In this document: piece by piece, positions 25,501-35,931 of the stretch
How positions within the stretch are numbered: the stretch's first letter is position 1
Layout: every line of letters starts with the position of its first letter
From: Marsupella aquatica
Taxonomy: Eukaryota > Plantae > Marchantiophyta
NCBI GenBank assembly: GCA_973895155.1
Contig: OZ316895.1
Coordinates: 15,754,816-15,818,815 of the forward strand
Direction of reading: 5' to 3'
Length of the DNA: 64,000 nt
Notes under the pieces: model-generated
The model's input: the letters and a program-made list of their open reading frames with translations, nothing else
Told to the model about the DNA's origin: nothing
The model's database searches: none
Translations under genes and position numbers: made by a program

Positions 25501-26900
25501 AAACCCCCGAGATGCTGAGAAGATATTTAAGGCTCGATTAGTAGCCAAGGGTTTTACTCAACAGAAAGGTATAGACTACAATGAGGTTTTTCACCCGTAG
25601 CAAAGATTCAACAATACGTTTGCTATGTGCTCTTGTAGTTTTATTTGATCTGGTTTTAGATCAAATGGATGTTGTCACGGCATTCTTATACGGATCGTTG
25701 GATGAGGTGATTTACATGAGGCAACCAGAGGGTTTTGTGCAAAAGGGCAAGGAAAATTTGGTATGCAGATTGCTAAAATCCTTGTATGGATTAAAGCAGA
25801 GCCCAAGGCAGTGGAACAAGCATTTTGATAAAATTTTGAAATCGCTTGGATTTGTGCGAAGCGTGTACGATCCATGTGTTTACACCAGGCATGTGAACAG
25901 CACAGGTTTTAAGTTTGTCATCCTTGTATTTTATGTGGATGACATGCTCATTGCAGCAAAGGATAGGGGTGAAGTTGATAAGCTTAAGGCCCAACTTAGT
26001 TTTGAGTTTAAGATGAAGGACTTGGGCACAGCCAAGAGGATCCTAGGCATGGAGATTGTTAGGGATATGAACAAAGCCAAACTTTGGCTGACGCAAACAA
26101 GATATGCAGAGAAGATGCTCTCAAAATTCAACATGGCAAATGCTAAGGCTGTGAGTGTTCCTTTGGCAAGGCATTTTAATATTTCTGCAGCATTTTGTCC
26201 ATCGGATGCAACAGAAAAAAGTTTGATGTCCAAAGTTCCTTATGAAAGTGTTGTGGGTAGTTTAATGTATCTCATGGTATGCACCCGACCAGACATAGCT
26301 TATGTCGTTAGCAAAGTAAGCAGATACATGGCAAATCCAGGAAAAGTTCATTGGGAAGTAGTGAAATGGATTTTGCGCTACATCAGAGGTTCCACTAAGA
26401 AGAGTTTATTGTTTGATGCAAGTTCAAACAATATGAAAGTGCTTCAAGGTTATGTGGATGCAGACTACGCAGGTTATTTGGATAAGAGGAGATCAACAAT
26501 TGGATATGTATTTACACTTGTTGGTGGATGCATTAGTTGGAAGTCTACTCTCCAAAAGTGTGTTGCAAAGTCTATTATGGATGCCGAGTATGGAGCGGCA
26601 GCAGAAGCAGCATCAGAGACCATTTGGTTGAAAAAGCTTGTCACGGAGATGGGTTTATCACAAGAATGTGTATATCTTCATTGTGACAGTCAAAGTGCAA
26701 TTTACACTGCCAAGAATCAGGTGATGGATGGCAGGGTAAAGCACATTGATGTCCGCTATCATTTCATCCAACAGGCATTATCGGATGATGAATTTGAGTT
26801 TGTCAAGATTGATGGAAAGCTTAATCCAGCGGATGCTTTTACCAAAGTATTAGACTCCAATAGTTTTTCAAGGCATTGTAATTATTTACAAATATTGTAA
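22563..26900 (+). pseudogene. Copia gag-pol polyprotein, disrupted
   Basis: Motifs: GAG RFEVEKFDG, zinc knuckle CWKCDKVGHMKKDC, protease WILDSACSYHM, integrase WHARLGH...CDHC and YTPEQNGVVE, RT LYGLKQSPRQW and YVDDML, RNase H YVDADYAG...KHIDVRYHFI. Disruptions: stops at 23055 and 24451, several frameshifts and a MITE insertion. Confidence 0.95.
25216..25511. mobile_element. 296-bp MITE with 15-bp imperfect TIRs and 8-bp TSD, inserted in the Copia RT
   Basis: TSD ATGCTGAG at 25208-25215 and 25512-25519. TIRs CTCAGGGGTCTCACT and AGTGAAACCCCCGAG (2 mismatches). Removing it restores KKDGPTEDAE-KIFKARLVAKGF. Confidence 0.93.
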
Positions 26901-27094
26901 ATATAGAGTTAACCAAGAAAATGTCTCTATATGAGTACTCCATCCGATGGCTTATCGGCTATGGCTTAGTTCTAGTTAACCCTTGCATTAGGGGGAGGGT
27001 CTTTTGGCCCTACTGTCTTGAACTTCCCGCGGAGGAACTTGTAAGGAAAAGACAATGTTATGAACCCTCCCAAGACATGAGTCAAGGGGGAGTT

Positions 27095-27418
27095 TGTAGA
27101 GGTTAACTCAATCTTGGGTTGAACTATGGTTAGTATGTTAACTAGGGTTAGAGTAAACCCTAGTTGAAGAGATTGGTCCTTATCTCTTCAACTTCTATGT
27201 GGAGTGAGAACACACAAGAGAGTTCTCAAGAGAGAACACAGTGATATAGCAAGAGATGAGAGCTTGAAGAGATGAGAGCTATGGTGATGCTTGAGTAGAT
27301 ACATAACCATTAATAAAGCTTGGTCTTCCCGTGGACGTAGTCAACCTTGAGGCGAACCACGTAACTATTGAGCACGTGTATGTTTGGAGTGTTTTTCCTG
27401 ATCTGATTTCTCCCCACA
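27095..27418 (+). repeat. 3' LTR (324 bp)
   Basis: Follows the PPT, ends CCCCACA and is followed by the TSD CTGCA. Confidence 0.97.
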
Positions 27419-28272
27419 CTGCATTGCTTGCATAGAGCACATTCCCACAGGAAGCTATAATGCACGTCAAACCATAGGAGAAAGCCTAAGCTGTGGCTAT
27501 CCCCGCACCATCCAGCTGCATTTGGAAGGAATGAGCGGCACTGATAGTGCCTGCCCATTAAGTTTGTGGCAGCACCCCAAAGTGCCTGTTTGACAATAAA
27601 ATTGCAGATTGGTGTACAATAGGAGATTGAAGGTACTACCTTGTATCTACAATAAGATCAAATACAAGTGTACACTTAGTTACGCTTGTCTTTGATTGGA
27701 GTTGCAATGGGGAAGGAACACCTTAAGTATTGTACAATAAGCCTCAAAGGTCCTTTCCAAACAAGTCAATTCACAACTTCAAATGTCTCTTCCATCTAAT
27801 CCGACTATATATGATACGTTGCAAAAGACGCAACAAGCACCAAACTGGAAAATAGGATCCCAGCAGCAGACTGCCTCAGACAGGTTCAACGTGTACTGCA
27901 CCATAGACACTTGTGGGAATGATAGAATTGGATTCAAAAAGATAAACGAGGGGTTTCTGCCCGCAAACCAATTGAGCACTTGCTCATATGTGTCAATTTT
28001 TTGCTTAGAAGTGTTACTGTTTTTAATTAAAAGGGGGAACTGCCCAAGTGCTAAGCCGTGCAGCTGGCCTTGAAGCACCCCTGGCCAATTGAGATACCAC
28101 TAGACCCCACTCACGGAAGTGTTATTGTCCTTATGAAGTGAGCAATAATTACAATTGATGTCTTCCATGGCCCCCAAAAGAACACACTTCTTAAACTATA
28201 TACTACCCATACCTAATTCCTACTGAGAAAAGGCTGGTTTGGTGCGAGGATGGCAGTGGATTGGCTTAAACC

Positions 28273-28440
28273 CCCACTAGCCATATAAAGGGGAAAGTGT
28301 CCAATACTTCCCCCTTTTTCACATTCCACTTATTCCTCTCCCCAATTTTGCCCCATTTTGCTCCACAATTTCAGGAAACTGATATGTCTAATGGTGAAAC
28401 CTGGTGGATCCATGTCTTGTCATGGCTAGTGGTGATTTAA
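28273..28440 (+). repeat. Dispersed repeat with terminal inverted motif CCACTAGCCAT...ATGGCTAGTGG; second copy at ~59912-60080 (-)
   Basis: Both loci share cccttt(t)tcacattcca, ttttgctccacaatttca, taatggtgaaacctggt and tgtcatggctagtgg. Confidence 0.8.
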
Positions 28441-30210
28441 AGTGAGCACACACTTCAAGGAAAACAGTTTGGGGCACTCCTTTCTTGTTTTGGCCTTTTG
28501 TGTCTTTTTATCCCACTTTGAATCTTTGACTACTCATCCGTATGTAGCTCAGTTTTTGAGGCTGTCGCACTGGAGTCTAGTAGAGCAGTCTGTTGCATCA
28601 AAAGAAACAAATGATTTGATTTAAGACACAACAGAGTTTATTCCAAAAGTTGCATGCAATTATCTGTGGCTAAATGCGGCTTGGTAACAAACGACGGTGT
28701 CCATTTTTTACTACATCACCCTCAGATCTAACCAGTTTACTAAGTTGACCCGGAAACAATGCCCCTTTGCAGGGAATGGGACGGTCAGAAGCTACTCATA
28801 TATTTGGAATATGCGGCTCAGATTAATCCATGGTGGCTAACTTACTAATTGCATTAGTTTTGGAGGCAGCTGACATTTTGTGCAGTTTTGGGGATAACTT
28901 AGTAAAAACAAGATGTTGTAACAAACTAACTAACTAAGGCATTTATCGACAGGTACGCAAGTGTTCTCATTGAAAACTAATAAAATAATGGTAGCACAGC
29001 CTGCATGCCTTCCCTCGTCCGACATGCACCCCAACCTCTTAATTTTAAAATGGGACATGCAATAGGCTAGGTCCACCATCAACATATTTACATATTGGAT
29101 GGTTGGCAAGAGGGCATTGAGTGTTTTTTTTCTGAAAGGGGAATATGCACTTGAGCAAGCCTTGTAATTGGCTTGCACGAAGGGGAAAAGCCCCAGTTTA
29201 TGTCTTTGTATTGGGCGATAAGTTTGGATTAAATGGGAAACTCAGAGTTACCACGAGAGAATAATTGCAATGCATTAAGATCATGCATGAGTTGTGCTCA
29301 GCAACATTCCACAAAACATCATATTAGCTTTGTGGCATTTGCAAACGCTTTGCTGGAATTGTGCTTAACAATGACTTTTTGAGCTTACTTAAGGCAAACA
29401 TCTCTCAAGGACACGTACACGAGTCAAATGGTGAAGTACCCACCTTATGCCAACAAGCATGTTGTATCATTTGGCTTGAGGTGAGTATGAATGGCTTTTA
29501 CAAGTAAAATATAGGATTACTTCTAGGCATAGAAGCATAAGAGTGTCCTTTTCAAGAGCATAAGATCTCCTTTTACCATGATACTTTGAAAGATTAAAGA
29601 GACCTACTTGTCTTGTTGTAGAGTCTCTGCCAAGTGTGCCATGAAAACTTCAGAATGAACACCTATGTTGGAGCTGGCAATAGGATTCCAATCCAACACG
29701 TACACTCAATGTCTTGGAGACAACTAATGACTGTTGTAATTGGTGTCATGAATGGAAGAAAACACCTTATTAATGAAAATGATTATATCTAGCCTGAACT
29801 GAAACTCCCATAGACCTATGTGACCGCATTAGAATATTTTCCACTCAGATAGTACCTTTTCTTTGTGTACATGATTACCTTTTTGAGTGGCAAAACGTTT
29901 TGGTCTATTGGAGTCCAAAAGTCAGATATTGTGGTCCATCCGGGCATCAAATTTTATTCTCTCCTCCTATATGGATATTACACGTAGACCTCAGAAAGTG
30001 CAAGGGCTCAATTATAGCAATTTTCTTGCACTTGTAGGACATTTTGATTGAGTTGACAGTCAAACTAATAAAGCCCAATCAAAAGTTGCTCCATGGCCCT
30101 AGTGTCTAGAGTGAAGAGTCTAGACCATTACCGTAAGTGAGGGTATAATTGAAAGTAAGGGTGCAAACAAAAAAACAAGGCTATTTTTTGGTTCATCTTT
30201 GGCACAGCCC

Positions 30211-30351
30211 CACTTCCTAAACCACAGGAAAAGATGAATAAGGAAATAGCATAGAATCACTTCCTAAACCACAGGAAAAGATGAATAAGGAGATAGCATA
30301 GAATCACTTCCTAAACCACAGGAAAAGATGAATAAGGAAATAGCATAGAAT
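30211..30351 (+). repeat. 47-bp tandem repeat x3
   Basis: cacttcctaaaccacaggaaaagatgaataaggaaatagcatagaat three times; one substitution in copy 2. Confidence 0.95.
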
Positions 30352-31316
30352 CCTTTTTCCTGTAACGTTTTTTTTCTCCTCAGCTATGTGTTGAAGGAAT
30401 GGATCTAGTTGGACCAATAATTGCTGGTATTGGTATGTGCAATCTATTGAGGACTTTGCACTTATCAGAATCCTCATGAGTGTAATTCTTGTATATACTT
30501 TCACTTACTAATATCCTCCACCATCAATTCATACAATGACAATTCAAGTGGTAGCATACCTAGTAACAGGTAACTTTCAACAATACTTTTTTCCCACAAA
30601 AACCCAAGGGAAAGGGGGCCACAAAAAGGCAACAAAAGACGCCCAACGGGCAACTTCCAAACAATATTAATTAAGAAATTCCTAATTAGTCTGTCTTGTT
30701 CAAAATTAAGTGTATTATCTGGGGAATATTATTGCACCAGTCTGTGAAGCTGCGAATTAGGTGTCAATTTACCTGCTCAAGAAAAAATCTTGCACTGTCA
30801 CTAGATCTCACTTATGAAGGTTGCAATTATTGAGGTCTCCCTATGATGTTGCAAACTTTTGAAGTTCAAACTTTGATAAACAAAGGAGAGAAATTTAGTA
30901 CCAATCTAAACACGGCACCATGCAATCTTGCTCTTTTTCTAATGATCTATTTATGAAATGTCATTTTGGCAGTTTGCAGCCTCCTTGGTGGTTCGATTTA
31001 GGTGACCTTTTTTCTCACCATGAGATAAACCTAAAGTGCGCACCTTTTTATTTTCCCTTGCCACATTCAACCTGTTGCTCTTCCCACAACTCGCGACTTC
31101 TTGAAATCCAGTTGCTAGGCTGACTTGCCAATTCCCCACAGGGTGGGACTTGCTTGACATCATTTACTACTTATTATTGACAATAGTGTGCAACACACCA
31201 CGGGGATCAAGGTTAGTTTACTAGAAAGGGCTAAACACACTACAATGGAATAATAACAAAAATGTTCCGTAGGGGACCAACACTACCAAACTAAAAGAAG
31301 AGAGCAACTCCCAAAA

Positions 31317-31535
31317 GAGCATTTAAGTACATTGCCACTAAAGATGTTTGAATTTACAATACTGTCACTATTTTCTTTTTACAAAAATGTCACGGTTTCT
31401 GTATGTAGTTCCCCTGTTACCTTTGTAAACTTGTCATCCACATATGAAACAGTGACATTTTTATAAATACAAAAAAAGCAAGGCACTATTGTGAATTAAA
31501 ACATCTTTAGTGGCAAAGTAAGTAAAAATTGAATC
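31317..31535. mobile_element. ~215-bp foldback MITE (Mutator-like)
   Basis: ttgccactaaagatgtttgaatttacaata is inverted to tattgtgaattaaaacatctttagtggcaa. Inner aaaaatgtcac is inverted to gtgacattttt. tcccaaaa occurs near both ends. Confidence 0.75.
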
Positions 31536-32003
31536 CCAAAAACCAATGAGAAGAAAAAATAAAATAAGAAATGAAGATCTATTGTAGAGATATCTAATAT
31601 CTAAGAGGCATTTGCTTGATGGACCCCAAACCAGTACAATAGTTAAGGATTTTCCTTATTAGCAAGAGTGGCCAATGTCTGGTGTGCAAAAGAGAACATG
31701 TTACTAGGAATATTCTTTATCTGAAATTCATAAATTGTTTTTGACCATTAGATCTCCCTAGATTTAAGGAGGGCCATTAGATTCTGGCTAATGGGGCTTG
31801 TGATTAGATGGGAAACTGGCAAACGGGACATAAAAAAACTAGCAAATTTTCAACGGTTGGGATTACTCAGTGCTCCGATCAAGTAACAATTCATTATCAA
31901 ATAACACTTTTCATTTTTTGTTGAGCAAAAATGGCATTCATAACGGCAAGCCCATGATCATCTCAATGCACAAGTAGTCAACATAGAGAGATATTTGGTT
32001 CAG

Positions 32004-32255
32004 CTCAGCTGAGGCTACGTCCTTGAGAACACACGAGAACTTTAATGCACTTAATTTAGGTTTGTCAGCCGTACTGAGTCTTAGCAATGCAAGATTTCTC
32101 TATCTCTCAACTGGCTCTGTAATAATGAGCTTGAGTTCTCCCTATCCAAGGAAACACTCTTTGGGGATATAGTGTGCAACCTAACTAATCCAATCAAGTC
32201 TACGATTAAAGTTAGCCTAATGAAGATTACAGTTGTAACTCAAGACCTAAGAGTA
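32004..32255 (+). repeat. Dispersed repeat; second copy at ~53034-53282 (+)
   Basis: Both share ctcagct-gagg, ctatctctcaactgg, aatgagcttgagtt, tatccaag, gggatatagtgtg and ctaagagta. Confidence 0.8.
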
Positions 32256-32379
32256 TATTCCTAATAGTATCATCTTAGCCATTGGTTGGTTGTGAGAGTA
32301 CTAATTTCTCCTCAACCCCTAGCTGGCCTACTTTGGGCCCTGGTTTCACTCTCTCTCTCTCTTGGCCTAGATCACTGGG

Positions 32380-32640
32380 TGTTGTCCCTTGTGGCTACCC
32401 TACATAAAATGGCATGCTCCTGAGCATAACCACAATCCCAGGGTATTGTCTCCTTGTGGCTACCCCACATAAAATCACATGGAGCATAACATCTATCCTC
32501 TCTTGGGATGGGTCTCCTTTCCACACCCTCTATAAAATAGCATGCTCGGGAACAGAACCTCGATTGCAGGGCATTGTCCCCTTGTGGCTACCCCACATAA
32601 AATCACATGCTCGGGAGCATAACCTCTATCCTCTCTTGAA
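32380..32640 (+). repeat. Degenerate tandem units (ttgtcccttgtggctaccc...cataaaat...gagcataac), 3-4 copies
   Basis: ttgtggctaccc recurs near 32389, 32454 and 32582. Confidence 0.75.
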
Positions 32641-32878
32641 TTGGTGTACTTTACACTTTCAAGGCAAAGGGAAGAAAGAAAACACTATTCATTTTGGGGG
32701 TCAATGAAGCATAATTATACCTCCCTACTGTAGTGTCCTAATAACTCCCTAAGGGACCCTGGGATGGCTGGGATGGCATCCGGGTCCGGATTCCAATGAG
32801 TAAAACACCATTATTATTAATGGTGGTTTGACTCAGCGGCTTTCATGCACCGTCCTGTTCTACGACAGTGATCAGAAC

Positions 32879-32954
32879 ATCTTTTCATTTTTAGCACTGT
32901 CGATGTTTCCAACAATCTTTTCATTTTTCAGCACTGTCGATGTTTCCAACAATC
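32879..32954 (+). repeat. 36/37-bp tandem duplication
   Basis: atcttttcattttt(c)agcactgtcgatgtttccaaca occurs twice. Confidence 0.9.
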
Positions 32955-35519
32955 AGCGCCTTGCTCGCTACGAGGGAGCGTGACGAATGGAGCATTTCGG
33001 AATTCGATCCGTGATTTATGAAATGTGCACGAACGCGAATTGACGTGAAGTGATGAGAAGCAAAGCGCTGTTTTGATGACGCTGTAAGGATTTGATTTTG
33101 GCCTTTGGGGAGCAGATATGGATCACTCTGCGCGCTCCCTTTCCCGTTGGCTGCTTTCAGAGCAGCGAGTCTGCTCAATCACAACTGCTCCTGCAGCTTT
33201 TCGTTCTTCACGTGCGACTCGACTGATTTCACTCGATTACTCTCCAGACTAATCGCCATCACAAGCATTAGGGTGGTGTGGACCGTGACGGTGATCAAAT
33301 GAATGAATGATCACTGAATGAATGATCACGTGATCATCATTCTGGAGCGAAACATGATTGTTTTACAGACTTACAGAGGAGTAACGCATGATGCTGCCTT
33401 TCTGGTTTTGTGGTTCCGCACCGATGTTTCCTTTGTCGCCTTTAAGGAGCAAATCTACAAAGTCAAACCAAGCACTGTTGGGAGGCAGTCATGAACAGTC
33501 ACATGTAGCATTACAAGAACCAATTTCGAATGGGATTAGGATTTTGAGACTTTGGACCTCCTGATTGGAATAATTGAGGTCAATTCTGTCGTTTCCGCGT
33601 CTCAAAGCCATCGGCGCGTCGCGCTCGACAAGGTTCTCTTGAGGAGATAGTTCTGGTCCCAGTTCTAAAAGATTAATTGCTTTCTGAAGTGACCGAAGAT
33701 CAAAGACTCCCCAGTAATGATAATCATCGTGTGTTTTGCTAATCTTCTGATTCGCTCTCCAATTTCGTGCTTGCCGCTGCTAGCGTATTGTTGGCTGGGA
33801 TGGTCCGCCTCCCTTTACCTTTACAATGCCTCCAACGCCAGCAATCCACCTGGCCGCTCCTCGGTAGTCGGTACAATGGATGTACCGTACAGCTCAGCAT
33901 TGATTACCTCAGCGAGAATCCTTTTCCTGTAGCAAGTAGCTTCGCTTTGTTGACAAGGTAGTGAACTTTTTCGCCCCCTACTCATCACCTGTTCAAGTAG
34001 TAGAAGCAAAAGAGACGATGTCTACAAGTAATTCTACTGTACTGGAAGACTTGCTCGTTTCAGAGCCTACAGTCGATTTTTCCTCCGCGATTTCATGCTC
34101 TCCTTAAACATACGGTAATTCTTTCCTAGCGTATCCTACCAAACGTGTACCATTGTTCCTTCCCCCGTCCCTCGGATAAAAGACCAGTTGATGGAGAAAT
34201 GTTGGCTGTTTTGTTAATTGCCGTCCAGGACTCCAGTACTGTAGAGTACCACGATAGTGTCGGCATCGGGCTGATGAAAAGGGACGTACAGCCTCACAAG
34301 CCTTGTAGAATGGGGTCCACCTGAAGTAGCTTACGTACTGTAGGAATGCTTGACGCCAATTGTTCAAATACATACGCCGGGTGATGATGCTCCGGCCTGA
34401 CCTGGCGCTACTCTAGACATCACCTGATCACCATTCACCAGAGTCCTTGCCGACTGCTATAGCTCCAGGCTTCACAGATCCGCCAGTAAGTTCTCTTTGG
34501 GCGCTATTTTTGGGAGCCCCTTCCGTTGAAAGCATTGCGCGCGGTGGATGCATCTCGCTGTACCCAAAGTTGTGACGAACTCCTTCATATGGAGGATGGA
34601 TACTCTCTGTAAGTGTGTAATACCTTACCATTGAGCATCTGTGTATCTGCGGCGCAAAGCTCGGGGTGAAAACATATCTCAATGCTTAGTGTTTGAGACT
34701 AACCGACAGTACAAGTGCCGGTAAGGTACTGACGTACCTCTACTATTATACACAGTGATGTGGGACAGCTGTGGACGTATGGAGTTTGCTTGTTCCCTAT
34801 CCCTACGAGTCTACGACCCTCACAATTCTTGTAGCTTGCTGTTCCCGAGTTGATGCCTGTGATCCCTGTGAACCAGCATCCGTCCCTGTGAGCTACTACT
34901 TGTCTTTCCAATTTCTGTACTACTGTACTGCGCAACTTTCCAACTAGACAAACAGACACACGCAGTACCGTAAGTTCTTGGTCGGTAGGAGTAACGCAAG
35001 TTCTCCCCCCTTTGCCGATGAGTTGGCAATAGACGGGGGGATGATACTTTTCTTGCGGTTTACCGGGAGGGTCTAGATGAATGATCATGGACGGCGGCAT
35101 AGCTGGAGGTTTGCATGTGGAGCATCATCTTATCTGATGTACTTACAAATCTTTGGAGAAAACGAATACCAGGTCGTGACTCCTCAACGAAAAGCTTTCC
35201 AACGCCAAAGCCCACCCCTTGCCCACCCGTCCCGCTCCTCCCCGAGTTCACGCTAAAAGCCTCTAGTGGTGCTCGCGGGCAGAGCTTCTGGAATTAGTCT
35301 ACAGCCTCTCTCTCATTCCACCTTGCCTCTCCTTCAGAATTTTCATCACCGCCTCTCGGCGAACAGAAGAGCCAAGTTCGGATTAATGTAGATGTGGGGA
35401 ACGCGGACGCGGATTTGGTTTTCCCCTGGGCGTATCAGTAAGTACGATCGAGTCCGGCAGGTGGACAGGAGCAGTAAGATGATTGGGAAGAATTTCGAGA
35501 AAAGAGCGTCCCCTGTTTT

Positions 35520-35662
35520 GGCGATGTTTTACAGGTACAATTGGGTATTGCATGCGAGCTCTATTTGCTTTCGTGAGAGCAAGACTGTGCTCGGCGATGT
35601 TTTACAGATACGATTCGGTATTGCGTGCGAGTCCTATTCGCTTTCGTGAGAGCGATACTGTG
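35520..35662 (+). repeat. 73-bp-period diverged duplication upstream of the NB-ARC gene
   Basis: ggcgatgttttacag...ggtattgc.tgcgag...gctttcgtgagagc starts at 35520 and at 35593. Confidence 0.85.
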
Positions 35663-35931
35663 GTCATGGAGCATCCAAGACCCTGCGTTCTACAAGATAT
35701 CTTCGCGTTTTCTGAATGTGCACTGAGTGTAAAGGTGACTCTGAATGATGTTAGATGTACGAGCTTCACGAGAGAGAGCCTCATGGACCCATGACGACAG
35801 GAGAGTTCATCACAGACTGAGGGGTGTCTTCAGCAACGACGGTACAGATGTTGATCGCTCATTTTATTTTGATTGCTATCAAGCAGCCATTACGTCGTTA
35901 AGGTGCGCTGTTCGCATGTGGATGCTACAAA

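Larger units (their letters stand above)
20428..27418 (+). mobile_element. Ty1/Copia LTR retrotransposon (Tnt1/Tork-like), defective, with a three-LTR structure
   Basis: TG...CA termini and 5-bp TSD CTGCA (20423-20427 and 27419-27423). 324-bp LTRs at 21075-21398 and 27095-27418, plus an 86-bp LTR head at 20428-20513. tRNA-iMet PBS TGGTATCAGAGC at 21401-21412; PPT AAGGGGGAG at 27084-27092. Domain order GAG-PR-INT-RT-RH. Confidence 0.97.

Noticed and set aside
20245-27558. Minus-strand ORFs 27310-27558 and 20245-20535 join in frame when the Copia is removed
   Set aside because: The joined ~105-aa peptide has no recognisable motif and the surroundings look like decayed, CpG-poor repeat DNA. There is not enough support for a disrupted gene.
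30211-30351. Possible CRISPR-like array
   Set aside because: The units are contiguous with no unique spacers, there are no cas genes, and the context is eukaryotic.
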